A DNA stretch of 64,000 bases from an uncultured cyanobacterium (GTDB lineage: Bacteria > Cyanobacteriota > Cyanobacteriia > Cyanobacteriales > CAWCAG01). Shown piece by piece: positions 1 to 11,400 of the stretch (positions within the stretch are counted from its first letter, which is position 1; the number at the start of each line of letters is the position of its first letter). The DNA is taken from assembly GCA_963793425.1 (NCBI GenBank), contig CAWCAG010000005.1, forward strand, positions 1,888,001-1,952,000. The letters are read 5' to 3'. A program made the translations under genes and the position numbers. The notes beneath the pieces are model-generated. The model did no database searches, was not told the origin of the DNA, and was given only the letters and a program-made list of their open reading frames with translations.

Positions 1-4
1 GGAA

Positions 5-1792
5 ATGGAAGATTATTTAGGGAAGATTAATGGTAAAGCTTCGCGGGTAAGGAAAAGAATCCTTAATAGTAATGGCATTCAGCAACGTTACTACGCATTA
101 GATAAGCAACAAAATACTACTTATAGTAATAGTCAAATGGCAGCTTATGCTGCTCAAGATGCTCTTTTAAAGAGGAATTCAGAAGCAAAAGGAATTGATT
201 TACTTGCTTGTGCCACAAGTTGGCCAGATTTATTAGTACCAGGGTTTGCTAGTTTGGTACATGGAGAGTTGCCAGAATTATCTCCCTTAGAAGCTATTTC
301 TACTCAAGGTGTTTGTTGTGCAGGGGTTGCTGCTTTAAATTACGCTGTTTCTCAAGTGCAATTAGGTAAGAGAAACAATGCTCTGGCGATCGCCTCTGAA
401 TCGGCTTCTCGTTTATTTAAACATAGTAACTTTGAAGCAGAAGATAAAGTTAAAAATGGTGGCAAGCTCCCTTTTGATACAGAATTTCTTCGTTGGATGC
501 TTTCCGATGGTGCGGGTGCTTTTTTAATTCAAAATTCTCCTGCTAAGGAAGGTATTAGTTTAAAGATAGAGTGGATTGAATCAATTTCCTATGCTAATAC
601 TTATCCTTTGTGTATGTATGCGGGGACTGCTGATGAAACGGGGAGGAAAAGTTGGCTAGATTTCCCTTCTTATCAAGATGCTGCTGCTGCTGGGGCGATT
701 AATTTACGGCAGAACATTCGCTTGCTGGATCAGGTGGTTAAGTTAGGGGTGGAAGGTTGGTTAAAATTGATTGAAAGGGGAAAGGTTAAGCCAGAAGAAA
801 TCGATTGGCTTTTATGTCACTATTCTTCCCATTTTTTCCGTAGCCAGATTGTTGATTTATTGGAGCAAGGTGATTGTTTAATTCCTGAATCTAAATGGTT
901 TACCAACCTTTATACGAAGGGGAATACTGGTTGTGCTTCTATTTACCTGATGTTGGAAGAGCTATTTAATTCTGATAAGTTGAAAGCGGGAGAAAAAATC
1001 TTTTGTTTTGTTCCGGAAAGTGGTCGTTTTACTACTGCTTACTTAATGTTAACGGTGGTATCTTCTCAACAGGAAAGCGTAACTTTAGAACCTCCGGCCT
1101 TAAGTTTTCCCCTTAATAGTATTACAGCGAGTGATGCTAATACTGTGGCAGCTAGTTTACTAAGGCAATTAGCTCTAGTTTGGTTAGAGTTTGAGCGCAA
1201 CTTAAATTCAGTCTCTTTAATTCGGAAACTCTATCGCAATGAGTTTACCATTAAAGATTATCAGGCTTTATTAAGTAACCTACATCCTCAAGTTGTAGAA
1301 GGGGCGAGATGGATAGCCCGTGCCGCTTCTAATATGAAGGATTTTCAGCTTCGTTCTACTTTTATTTGTCATGCCCAAGATGAACACAGAGACTATCAAA
1401 TGTTGGAGCGGAATTATGTCTCTGTAGGGGGAGAATTGGCAGAAATTGTTAATGCAGAAAAAAATCTTGGTTCGGAGGCACTTTCTGCTTTCATTTTCCA
1501 TCAAGCATCCCAAGAAAATCCTCTCGATTTAATTGGCAGTATGTTTATTATTGAAGGTTTAGGTAATCAATTAGCAGGAAAATGGGCTTCTTTGATTAAA
1601 CGAACTCTTAATTTAACTGAAGAGCAAGTTTCTTTTTTAAGCTATCACAGTGACAATGATGAATCCCATATTGGTAAATTAGCAGCGATTATTAATGCCC
1701 CTTGGTTAACCCCAGAAATTGCTCAACGCATTATTAAGACTGCTCAAGTTACTGCTCGTTTATATCAACTACAATTAGAAGAAGTTAAATAA
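5..1792 (+). CDS. StlD/DarB-like beta-ketoacyl synthase III fused to a C-terminal heme-oxygenase-like (iron-containing redox enzyme) domain; probably 5'-truncated by the window edge
   Basis: KAS III triad motifs QGVCCAG (Cys), LCHYSS (His), KGNTG (Asn), plus FLRWMLSDGAGA and FVPESGRF typical of the DarB group. The last ~220 aa carry HAQDEH, IIEGLG and HSDNDESH. The frame is open to the window start. Confidence 0.85.
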   Translation: MEDYLGKINGKASRVRKRILNSNGIQQRYYALDKQQNTTYSNSQMAAYAAQDALLKRNSEAKGIDLLACATSWPDLLVPGFASLVHGELPELSPLEAISTQGVCCAGVAALNYAVSQVQLGKRNNALAIASESASRLFKHSNFEAEDKVKNGGKLPFDTEFLRWMLSDGAGAFLIQNSPAKEGISLKIEWIESISYANTYPLCMYAGTADETGRKSWLDFPSYQDAAAAGAINLRQNIRLLDQVVKLGVEGWLKLIERGKVKPEEIDWLLCHYSSHFFRSQIVDLLEQGDCLIPESKWFTNLYTKGNTGCASIYLMLEELFNSDKLKAGEKIFCFVPESGRFTTAYLMLTVVSSQQESVTLEPPALSFPLNSITASDANTVAASLLRQLALVWLEFERNLNSVSLIRKLYRNEFTIKDYQALLSNLHPQVVEGARWIARAASNMKDFQLRSTFICHAQDEHRDYQMLERNYVSVGGELAEIVNAEKNLGSEALSAFIFHQASQENPLDLIGSMFIIEGLGNQLAGKWASLIKRTLNLTEEQVSFLSYHSDNDESHIGKLAAIINAPWLTPEIAQRIIKTAQVTARLYQLQLEEVK

Positions 1793-2655
1793 TGTACAAT
1801 CGCCAAAATCCCGATGCTTGGCAAGTATTGTATTTTGACCAAGCTATTCCTGTAGACTCCGTAGCTAAGGAATATATGATTGCAGATTTGCAGAGTTGGA
1901 CACGCAATTACTTACTTATCCCGATCAAAGTTTTTGCTAACATTATGTTAGCTCTAATCATGACTTTGAAACGATTGCTACCTTTCCAGTTCAAAGCTTA
2001 CACTTTAATGCACCGTGTCGCCGCATTTTTCTTAAAAAACTTTGTTTCCCCGGCAGCTTGTTATTTAATTATCAGACATATTTGCCTTGGTTCCAATATT
2101 GTTAATTTTCTCATTGATAACAGTCCTAATCCTGAAATCGAAAAATCACAACTTTATCCTCGCGAAATAGATGATTTAGCAGCTAATGCTTTCTTAGAAC
2201 ATGATCTGATTCTCTATAACTTTGTTTGGGATTATAATCAAGCAGTAATTAAAAATCCTCACTGGCTAAAAGAAGTGCAAGCAAGAGGAATTAACTATGA
2301 TGCTATTCAGCCAGTGAAAGTAGAAGTTGATTTTAACAAGAATCGCTGGTTAAGAGTTTTAGATTTAGAATCTGCTTTAGAATTATTCAAAGTCTTTTAT
2401 TCTCTTTGCCTAACTAGTGAGGAATTTGCTAGGGCTGTTTTATCACTACAACTTGATGAAAACTTTGCTGTTTATGTAAGCCAATTAACAGGAGATTATA
2501 ACTGGAATCATATTATCTCTAATCGCAATCCTTTAGTACCTAATAGCCATTTTCAAGCAGCTAGAAATTTGATGGTACACGGAGTAGTTAGTGAATACTT
2601 ACACCGTTATTTGGAAATAAGAAAAGGAGATGGCGAAGTAATAAGTAATAGGTAA
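1792..2655 (+). CDS. Uncharacterised protein (DUF6999-like), translationally coupled to the ketosynthase fusion
   Basis: 287-aa ORF with TAATG stop/start overlap at 1790-1794. The family name is recalled from similar ketosynthase clusters and is not verified. Confidence 0.6.
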   Translation: MYNRQNPDAWQVLYFDQAIPVDSVAKEYMIADLQSWTRNYLLIPIKVFANIMLALIMTLKRLLPFQFKAYTLMHRVAAFFLKNFVSPAACYLIIRHICLGSNIVNFLIDNSPNPEIEKSQLYPREIDDLAANAFLEHDLILYNFVWDYNQAVIKNPHWLKEVQARGINYDAIQPVKVEVDFNKNRWLRVLDLESALELFKVFYSLCLTSEEFARAVLSLQLDENFAVYVSQLTGDYNWNHIISNRNPLVPNSHFQAARNLMVHGVVSEYLHRYLEIRKGDGEVISNR

Positions 2656-2720
2656 TAGGCATTGGTAACAAGTTAAATAAAAGTCCAATCTTTCAAACCC
2701 CTGTCGTTAGATTCAGCAAC

Positions 2721-2834
2721 GTAGGGTGTGTTGGCGCTGCGAAAAATTATGGCAAGTCTACCACAATCTTGATTCAGCGCTTAACGCACCGTCTTCGCTT
2801 TTTCAATAATATCTAGGAAACGAGTCGCCCCTAC
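2721..2834. repeat. REP-like GTAG-footed imperfect palindromes between convergent genes
   Basis: GTAGGGTGTGTTGGCGCTG (2721) pairs with CAGCGCTTAACGCACC (ends 2790). GTCGCCCCTAC at 2824-2834 is a reverse GTAG-footed arm. Confidence 0.55.
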
Positions 2835-2840
2835 TTATTA

Positions 2841-3962
2841 CTACAATCCTCTTGCTGTTTCACTAACAATTAAATCCACAACATCTTGATAATTGCCTCG
2901 TTTTTCATAAGCTTGTCGTTGTCTTTGGGCAGCGTTGCCTCCTTTGAGGGTTTGCTTAACCAAAGCAGAAATCTCTTGCCAATCTCCTGCTGCTTCCAAT
3001 GCAGGGCGAATTTCTTCTAACAAAGCTGCAACTAACTCCTTAGCGGGAACAGAATGCTGATTAACCACATCAATTAAGTTTCCTGTCAATCCATAACGGG
3101 CAGCTTGCCAATGAGCAGATCGTAGCAATTCATGGCGCACAGGGACAAACTCTTTTTTTTCTACAGCTTGTTGATAGCAAGTCCAAACTAAAGCCCTAGT
3201 TAAGCCAGCCATCATCACTGCTTCATCTACGGTTAAGCAAATATCTGTCACCCGAAACTCAACGGTAGGAAACTTTTCCGAGATGCGAACATCCCAATAA
3301 ATTTTGGTAGGATCATCGATGGCTTCTGTGGTGAGCAGGGCTTTAAGCAATTGTTCATATTCGCTATAATTGGCAAAGACTAAAGGCGGCCCTGTTAAAG
3401 GCAATCGATGCCAAAGTTCGGTACGATAGCTATCATAGCCAGTATCTTTGCCTAACCAGAAAGGGGAGTTGGCTGTCAGGGCTAACAGTGTCGCCAACCA
3501 AATGCGGGCGCGGTTGATGGTTTGGATTGCTAGTTCATGATCTTCTAAACAAACATGAACATGACAGCCAAAAATCACTAAATCTTTGATGATTTGTTGA
3601 TATTCTTGCATCAAGCCCCTGTAACGCTCTTTGGGAGTGGTTTGTTGCTTTTGCCAATGGGAAAAAGGGTGGGTTCCTGCGGCGGCGATGGTTTTCCCTT
3701 CTTGGGCAGTAGTTTCAATTAAGGTGCGTCGAGAATTGCTAACTAATTCCCGCACTTCTGCTAAATTATGACAAACAGGGGTAGCAATTTCAATTTGAGA
3801 GCGGTGCATTTCCGGTTGCACAACATCTTCTCCTAATTCTTCTCTTGCAGTCGGAATCAGTTTTTTACCCCTTTCAATCAATTCTCGTGTTTCAAGATCA
3901 ACTACCTGATACTCTTCTTCAACACCAATTGTAAAATCTTTTATAGAAAGCATTTTAATCAT
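2841..3962 (-). CDS. Carboxylate-amine ligase / glutamate-cysteine ligase, GCS2 (YbdK) family
   Basis: FTIGVEEEYQ, QIEIATPV, AAGTHPF, FGCHVHV, ANSPFW, YWDVR and TVEFRVTD motifs. Confidence 0.9.
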   Translation of the reverse strand: MIKMLSIKDFTIGVEEEYQVVDLETRELIERGKKLIPTAREELGEDVVQPEMHRSQIEIATPVCHNLAEVRELVSNSRRTLIETTAQEGKTIAAAGTHPFSHWQKQQTTPKERYRGLMQEYQQIIKDLVIFGCHVHVCLEDHELAIQTINRARIWLATLLALTANSPFWLGKDTGYDSYRTELWHRLPLTGPPLVFANYSEYEQLLKALLTTEAIDDPTKIYWDVRISEKFPTVEFRVTDICLTVDEAVMMAGLTRALVWTCYQQAVEKKEFVPVRHELLRSAHWQAARYGLTGNLIDVVNQHSVPAKELVAALLEEIRPALEAAGDWQEISALVKQTLKGGNAAQRQRQAYEKRGNYQDVVDLIVSETARGL

Positions 3963-4396
3963 TTATCATTGTTGGCGTAAGCCTTGCCGTAGGCTACATT
4001 TATCATTAAACGCACCATTTACTAATTGCTGGTTGATTTAGATTATGGGTTAAAATTTAGTTATTCTCATTAATTTAACAGAAGCATTTAAGCAAGTAAA
4101 TCGCTCTTCGGCTATGTATTTCAGGGAAAACGTCTATTTCTTCAGAGAGGGATTTTGGGGAGACTGGGTGACTGGGTGACGAAAATAAAAAGCAAAATCG
4201 ATTCTCATACCTAAATTATCAATTCTTTCCCTGTTTCCTGTTCTCTTTTCCCTGCTCCCCGCTTCCTACTCCCTACTCCCTCTTTTCCACCAATGAAAAA
4301 TGATAAATGTTTAGAGATTTAGTTACAAATCTTTATAAGTTAGCCCTTCTAGCGTATACTACGCGGAGAAAGTCTAGAAAGGAGCAATAAGCAAAG

Positions 4397-5293
4397 ATGG
4401 GGTCGGCTCAGATAGCAGTGAAAGTACCGAAGGAGTTTCTTCAGGCTCCTGGTGGCTTAAATTTAACCCTAACCATATTTTTAATCGCCATTGTCTTGAT
4501 AATTCTCTCAAGCTGTGGCTATTGGCTGTGGGGTTGGCCTAGTTGGTGCTGTTTTTTTACTAATGTTCTTGCTTTACATATGTCAGGAACAGTTATTCAT
4601 GACGCTTCCCACAAGTCAGCCCATAAAAACCCGCTGCTTAACTCTATTTTGGGACATGGTAGCGCTTTGATGTTGGGGTTTGCTTTTCCGGTCTTTACCA
4701 GGGTTCACATCCAGCATCACGCTAATGTTAATGATCCTCAAAATGACCCGGATCATTTTGTCTCTACGGGAGGACCTTTATGGTTAATTGCTGCCCGCTT
4801 CTTTTATCACGAAATATTTTTTTTCAAACGCCGTCTTTGGCGCAAATATGAATTATTAGAATGGTTTCTGAGCCGCTTATTTGTCGCAACCATAGTTTTT
4901 ATCGCTTGTCAACATGATTGCTTGGGCTACATTCTTAATTATTGGTTTTCTCCAGCTTTAGTGGTCGGAATAGCTTTGGGGCTATTTTTTGATTATCTAC
5001 CCCATCGTCCTTTTGTTGAACGTGATCGCTGGAAGAATGCTAGAGTTTATCCTAGTTCTATTCTTAACTTATTAATTTTGGGGCAGAACTACCATCTCAT
5101 TCACCATCTTTGGCCCTCTATTCCCTGGTATAAATATCAAGCTGCTTACCGAGCAACCAAGCCTCTGCTAGATTCTAAAGGTTGTCATCAATCCCTTGGT
5201 TTGCTGAAAGGGAAAGACTTTTTGAGCTTTGTCTACGACATTTTTCTCGGCATTCGCTTCCACCGTAAGGAGTCTGATGGTAAATCTTGTTGA
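4397..5293 (+). CDS. crtR: Beta-carotene hydroxylase
   Basis: His boxes HDASH, HIQHH and HLIHH, plus DPDHFVSTGGPLW and DYLPHRPF, as in cyanobacterial CrtR. AGGAG RBS upstream. Confidence 0.92.
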   Translation: MGSAQIAVKVPKEFLQAPGGLNLTLTIFLIAIVLIILSSCGYWLWGWPSWCCFFTNVLALHMSGTVIHDASHKSAHKNPLLNSILGHGSALMLGFAFPVFTRVHIQHHANVNDPQNDPDHFVSTGGPLWLIAARFFYHEIFFFKRRLWRKYELLEWFLSRLFVATIVFIACQHDCLGYILNYWFSPALVVGIALGLFFDYLPHRPFVERDRWKNARVYPSSILNLLILGQNYHLIHHLWPSIPWYKYQAAYRATKPLLDSKGCHQSLGLLKGKDFLSFVYDIFLGIRFHRKESDGKSC

Positions 5294-5312
5294 GATGGGG
5301 AGATAGGGAATT

Positions 5313-5930
5313 CTAGAATTCTATGCCTGGTTGTGCTTTAACTCCTTGTTCCCGAAAAGGATGCTTAACCAGAGTCATTTCTGTTACCAAGTCTGCTTTA
5401 TCTATTAAGCTAGCCGGAGCGCCTCTTCCTGTAAGCACTACATGACAATCTTCTGGTTTCTCGGCTAAACCTTTCAACACCTCTTCAACATCCAAGTAAC
5501 CGTGTTTCAGGGCAATATTAACTTCATCTAACAGAACAAATTTGTATTCTGGGTTACGGATATATTGCAAGGCCGTTTCCCAAGCAAGAGCCGCTTTTTG
5601 TTGATCTCGTTCCCGATCTTGAGTTTCCCAAGTAAAACCTTCTCCCAATGCCTGAAAAACCAATTGTTCTCCCCAATGAGCAAAAGCAGCTTTTTCGGCC
5701 GGTTCCCAGGCTCCTTTGATAAACTGAATAATTGCTACTTTATAACCATGACCAAGGGAACGTAGGGCCATGCCTAAAGCCGCAGTGGTTTTGCCTTTAC
5801 CGTGGCCGGTATTAACAATAATTAAACCTTTTTCTTGCGATCGCTCCGCCAAGATTTTGTCTTGCACTTCTTTGCGTCGCTGCATTTTGCTCTGATATTG
5901 TTCAGCAGTCAAGTTGTTGTTGTGTTCCAT
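5313..5930 (-). CDS. cobO: Cob(I)yrinic acid a,c-diamide adenosyltransferase
   Basis: TGHGKGKTTAA P-loop, QFIKG, LDEVN, LTGRGA, ADLVTEM, KHPF. Confidence 0.95.
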   Translation of the reverse strand: MEHNNNLTAEQYQSKMQRRKEVQDKILAERSQEKGLIIVNTGHGKGKTTAALGMALRSLGHGYKVAIIQFIKGAWEPAEKAAFAHWGEQLVFQALGEGFTWETQDRERDQQKAALAWETALQYIRNPEYKFVLLDEVNIALKHGYLDVEEVLKGLAEKPEDCHVVLTGRGAPASLIDKADLVTEMTLVKHPFREQGVKAQPGIEF

Positions 5931-5940
5931 AGGTTGTGTT

Positions 5941-6050
5941 GGAGATGGGGAGCTAGGGAGATGGGGAGATGGGGAGATGGGGAGATGGGGAGCTGGGGAG
6001 ATAAAAAATAATAATCTTACCTATTACCTATTACCCATTACCCATTACCC
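5941..6050. repeat. Short tandem repeats (GGGAGATG/GGGAGCTA units, then TTACCYA units)
   Basis: Directly visible arrays between pnp and cobO. Similar arrays occur near 4160-4280, 14777-14850, 26445-26478, 31615-31645, 35635-35700, 45505-45610, 51069-51100 and 57236-57310. Confidence 0.85.
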
Positions 6051-6103
6051 CCCGCTACGGGAACCTCTCCCCTTTTCTCCCATCAGCTTAAAGAAAGCTG
6101 GTC

Positions 6104-8254
6104 TTAATCTGCGGCTGCACGGGCGGCTGCGGCTTCGTCGGGGTGAATGCCGAGACGGGTTAGGTTGATGCGACCTTTGCTGTCTAATTCTCGCACCTTA
6201 ACTACTACCTCATCTCCTACGGCAACTTCATCTTCCACTTTACCTACTCGATGTTCAGCTAGTTGAGAAATATGAATCATACCTTCTTTTTTGGGCATAA
6301 TCTCCACAAAAGCACCGATGGGGATAATGCGGGTAACTTTACCCACGCAAACATCTCCTTCATTGAGCTTACGGGTCATATCCCGAATAATCTTCGCCGC
6401 TTTTTCGGCTTTATCTCCTTCCACCGCTGAGACGGTGACAGTACCATCATCTTCGATGTCTACCTTAGCGCCGGTTTCTTCAGTAATACCTTTAACGGTT
6501 TTACCCCCAGGGCCAATAACTAAGCCAATCAAGTCAGGGTTGATTTTCAAGGTTAGTAGGCGCGGTGCATAATTAGAAAGATTAGTGCGAGGCTCTTCAA
6601 TGGTAGCCAGCATCTTTTCTAAGATATGCAGTCGGGCTGGTTTTGCTTGGGAGATGGCGTTGGCAATAACCTCCATGGGCAAACCGCTGATTTTCATATC
6701 CATTTGCAAAGCAGTGATACCTGTTTCAGTCCCAGCTACTTTGAAGTCCATATCCCCCAAGAAGTCTTCTATGCCTTGAATATCAGTGAGGATGCGTACT
6801 TCTTCTCCTTCCTTAATCAAGCCCATAGCCGCCCCGCTGACGGGTTTGGTGATTGGTACTCCTGCATCCATTAAAGCCAAGGTAGAGCCGCACACAGACC
6901 CCATAGAAGTGGAACCGTTGGAGGACAGTACCTCCGAGACAACACGGATTACATAAGGGAACTCTTCTTTAGCAGGAAGTATGGGTAACAATGCCCTTTC
7001 TGCTAACGCACCGTGACCAATTTCCCTTCTTCCTGGGGAACGCATTGGCTTGGTTTCTCCTACAGAATAGGGGGGGAAGTTGTAGTGGTGTAAGTAACGT
7101 TTTTCATCTTGGGGGTGAAGATCGTCCCCTAAATCTTGAGCATTACCGGGAGTCCCTAATGTGGCAATAGAGAGGACTTGGGTTAATCCCCTAACAAATA
7201 ATCCTGAACCGTGAACCCTGGTGGGTAAAAGCCCGACGCGACAGGAAATAGGACGCACTTGGTCTAATTTACGGCCGTCAACGCGAATACCTTCTTCGAC
7301 GATTTGCGCCCGCATTAGTTTTTTGGTGATCTGTTTAAAGACCTTACCGACAGCTTTGCTATTTTCTGCCGCTGCAACTTGGATGGGATCTTCTTCTGGT
7401 AATTGGGCGATCGCTTCAGTGACTTCTGTTTCTTTGATCTTGTCTAAAGCTTCATCCCTAGCTTCTTTGTCAAAGTCATAGTTAGCGAGAACTTCTTTGA
7501 TGCCTTTTTTGGCGCGATCGCTGATAAATTCTTCTAAGGTAGAATCAACTTCTGGTTCTTTCTCAGTAACTAATTCTAGCCCCAACTCTTTTAGAATGGC
7601 ATTTTGGGCTTCAATCAAATCCTGAACAGCTTCGTAACCAAAATCAATGGCTTCAATAATATCCTGTTCCGGTAGTTCATTGGCCCCCGCTTCCACCATC
7701 ACTACCCCATCAGGGGAACCAGCAACGATTAAATCTAAATCTCCTTCCCGTACTTCTTTGTAGGTGGGGTTGATAATAAAATCATCTCCAACCAATCCTA
7801 CTCGTACCGCTGCCATCGGGCCATTAAAGGGTATTTGAGCCAACAGTACAGCAATAGAGGCTCCCGTCACCGCTAAAACATCTGGTGGGACTTGGGGGTC
7901 CATGGACATGGTAGTGGCGATAACTTGAATATCATCTCGCAACCACTGAGGAAAAAGAGGGCGTAGGGGACGATCAATTAAACGGCAAGTGAGAGTTGCT
8001 TTTTCTGAGGGTCTTCCTTCTCTACGCAAGAAACTACCAGGAATTTTTCCTCCGGCATAGAGTCTTTCTTCATAGTCAACTAATAAAGGTAAAAAATCAA
8101 TTCCTTCTCTACCCTTAGACCGGGTTGCTGTCACCAAAACCGAAGTTTCCCCTGACTCTATTAAAACTGAACCTCCCGCCTGGGGAGCTAGTAGACCAAT
8201 CTTGAGTCGAATATCCCGTCCATCAAAGGATATTGACTTTTCCATCTCTTGCAT
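6104..8254 (-). CDS. pnp: Polyribonucleotide nucleotidyltransferase (PNPase)
   Basis: Two RNase PH domains ([32 protein letters not shown]), KH (IGPGGK) and S1 domains. Confidence 0.98.
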   Translation of the reverse strand: MQEMEKSISFDGRDIRLKIGLLAPQAGGSVLIESGETSVLVTATRSKGREGIDFLPLLVDYEERLYAGGKIPGSFLRREGRPSEKATLTCRLIDRPLRPLFPQWLRDDIQVIATTMSMDPQVPPDVLAVTGASIAVLLAQIPFNGPMAAVRVGLVGDDFIINPTYKEVREGDLDLIVAGSPDGVVMVEAGANELPEQDIIEAIDFGYEAVQDLIEAQNAILKELGLELVTEKEPEVDSTLEEFISDRAKKGIKEVLANYDFDKEARDEALDKIKETEVTEAIAQLPEEDPIQVAAAENSKAVGKVFKQITKKLMRAQIVEEGIRVDGRKLDQVRPISCRVGLLPTRVHGSGLFVRGLTQVLSIATLGTPGNAQDLGDDLHPQDEKRYLHHYNFPPYSVGETKPMRSPGRREIGHGALAERALLPILPAKEEFPYVIRVVSEVLSSNGSTSMGSVCGSTLALMDAGVPITKPVSGAAMGLIKEGEEVRILTDIQGIEDFLGDMDFKVAGTETGITALQMDMKISGLPMEVIANAISQAKPARLHILEKMLATIEEPRTNLSNYAPRLLTLKINPDLIGLVIGPGGKTVKGITEETGAKVDIEDDGTVTVSAVEGDKAEKAAKIIRDMTRKLNEGDVCVGKVTRIIPIGAFVEIMPKKEGMIHISQLAEHRVGKVEDEVAVGDEVVVKVRELDSKGRINLTRLGIHPDEAAAARAAAD

Positions 8255-8477
8255 TCAAAACTTTTCCTTATTTTCGTCGCTTTTACTTTCTAGCAGCGAT
8301 CCTAGCACTTTCTGAATTTGTGAATTATTAATTTAATAGAGTGGTAGTTTTGAGCAAGGAAACTATTCTTCTCGTAAAATTGCTTTGAACCCAGGTGATA
8401 CGCACCAGCTTTGCCGTTAAACTAGGTTTTAATTGCGAGGTTCCTTTCTCCTCTTTACAGCAACACTTAAAACAAAC

Positions 8478-11400
8478 ATGGCAACTCTACATGGCAGTTG
8501 GATTCTTCAATCCCATCAGGGCTATTTCTTGGTTTGGGGAGAAACTTGGCGTAACCTCAATACTGAAGAAACTAGCCTAACAACAGTTCCTTTGCATCCT
8601 TACAGTACCAATGAAGAAGAATTAGAGGCTTTGTTGCAATCCCATCAGCTTCCTGGAGGGGAGAAAACCTGGCGATCGCAAATTGTTACTTTACCTAGCT
8701 ATACAAAAGCAGATCAGGGTAAAAAGAAAGGTAAAGGCAGAGGTAAAACTAAGCTCAAAGAAAAAGAATTAGTTCCTGTTTTATCTAACGCGAAGGTTGC
8801 TGATTTTGCCTCCCTAAGTTTACAACCTTGGCAAGTGGGAGGGTATGCCCTTAAACCAGAAAAAGCGGCAGAGTTTTTGCATAGTTTACCTCTTACTTCT
8901 TTTCAAAGTGAGGATAATTATGTGGGTGCAGAGTTACGTTTTTGGTGTCAGGTTTATCGCTGGAGTTTAGATTTGTTGGCGAGGGGAAAATTCTTGCCAG
9001 GATTGTTTTCACCCCAACCAGGAGAAGAAGTTGCTTTTTGGCAACCTTTGCTGGATAGCGCGGCGGATCAAGAACTTTTGACTAAATTTATGCGCTCAAT
9101 GCCTGCTGCTTGTCTTGCTTATCAAGAAGAGGTTGAGGTACAAGAATTATTATTATCTTTTTTGAATTATATTATTGATTTCCGGGTAAGAAAATGGCTA
9201 ACAACGAATACTAAACCTGGTAAAGAAAATGAGATTAAAGTTTGGTTACAAGCCCTTTCACAACCAGAGAACTCTTTAGAAATTGCTCCTAGTTTAACTA
9301 AGGGATGGGAGAAAATTATTTCTCGCTGGAAATTACCCTTACAAGATTATTTAGTTGATCCTCTTTCTTATCAGTTAGGAAAAAATCCTTTCCGTACTTG
9401 TTTTGCCCTGGAACCACCGGAAGAGCCTGGGGGAGATTGGTTTCTGGATTATTATCTTCGTTCTATTGATGATGAAGATTTTTTAGTTTCTGCCATAACT
9501 ATTTGGCAATATCCCGCCGAACAAATCACCATCGAAAATAGAGTAATTGAACAACCTCAAGAAACTTTACTCAAAGGTTTAGGTTTAGCTGCACGAATTT
9601 ACGAACCAATTAAAGCAACTTTGCAAGAAAGTAGACCTGTAGTTTGTGATTTGAATCCGATTCAAGTTTATGAATTTATTCGCGCGATCGCTTGGCAATT
9701 TCAAGATAATGGTTTAGGAGTACTTTTCCCTCCTGGCTTAACTCCTGGGGCGGACGAGAAGCGTTTAGGGGTTAGTATTAAAGCTCAAGTAGCTGAGGGA
9801 AAAAAGCGCTTAGGGTTGCAAAGTTTACTTAATTTTAAATTGAATATTGCTATTGGAGACAAGACTCTTTCTAAGCAAGATTTTGAACGGTTACTAGCCC
9901 AAAAATCTCCTTTAGTTGAGGTGGAAGGGGAATGGATGGCCTTGCAACCAGCCGATGTAAAAGCAGCTCAAGCAGTCTTATCTTCTCAAAATGAAAATCT
10001 GGATTTATCAGTAGAAGATGCCCTGCGTTTAAGTCAAGGAGATACTCAAACTTTAGCTAAATTACCTGTCGTTGATTTCCAAGCTTCTGGAGTACTAAAA
10101 GAGTTAATTGATAACCTGAATAACAATCAGTCGATTAAAACTATTGAAGTTCCCCAAAAATTCCAAGGAACCCTACGTCCTTATCAACTACGAGGGGTTA
10201 GTTGGCTGGCTTTTCTGGAACGTTGGGGCTTGGGTGCTTGTTTGGCAGATGACATGGGTTTAGGTAAAACGGCACAGTTAATTGGTTTAATTTTACATCT
10301 CAAAGAAAAAGGAACTTTATCTGCCCCCACTTTAATAGTTTGTCCTACTTCTGTTTTAGGTAATTGGGAGAGAGAAATTTACAAGTTTGCCCCTAGTTTA
10401 TCGGTGGTAGTTCATCACGGTGATAAAAGGAAAAAAGGCAGCAATTTTCTTAACCAAGTCGAGAGGAAAGATTTAGTTGTTACTAGTTATGCTCTCATTT
10501 ATCGGGATATTAAAACCTTAGAAAAAGTTGAGTGGGAAGGTATTGTTTTAGATGAAGCTCAAAACATTAAAAATCCCCAAGCCAAACAATCTAAAGCCGC
10601 TAGAGAATTACCCGCAGAATTTCGTATTGCCTTAACAGGAACTCCTGTAGAAAATCGCCTTTCTGAGTTGTGGTCAATTTTAGATTTTCTTAATCCCGGC
10701 TATTTAGGTACTAAGCAATTTTTTCAACGTCGCTTTGCCATTCCCATTGAAAAATATGGTGACCGCGACTCTTTACAGACCCTACGTTCTTTAGTTCAAC
10801 CTTTCCTGCTTCGTCGTCTTAAAACTGATAAAAAAATCATTCAGGATTTACCAGAGAAACAAGAGATGAATGTCTTTTGTGGTTTATCAGAAGAACAAGC
10901 TGTCTTATATCAACAATTAGTAGACAAATCTTTAGAAGAAATAGAAGCAGCCGCAGGAATTCAGCGCCATGGTTTAATTCTAACTCTGTTACTCCGACTC
11001 AAACAAGTTTGTAACCATCCGGCCCATTTCTTAAAAGAGAAAAAGATCAAATCTGCCGAACGTTCTGGCAAATTGCTACGCTTAGAAGAGATGTTAGAAG
11101 AAGTAGTTGCAGAAGGAGATCGCGCTTTAATTTTTACTCAGTTTTCTGAATGGGGTAAACTCCTCCAACCTTACCTAGAGAGGAAGTTAGGAGGAGAAGT
11201 TCTCTTTTTATATGGTTCAACTCGTCGTGTACAAAGAGAAGCAATGCTTGACCGTTTCCAAAATGATCCTGAAGGACCAAAGTTACTGATTCTTTCTTTG
11301 AAAGCAGGGGGAACAGGACTTAATTTAACCAGAGCTAATCATGTTTTTCATGTTGATAGATGGTGGAATCCTGCCGTGGAAAATCAAGCCACTGACCGCG

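Noticed and set aside
5914..6168. 84-aa ORF with GDGEMGRWG repeats
   Set aside because: It is a translation of intergenic tandem repeats and overlaps both flanking genes in antisense.
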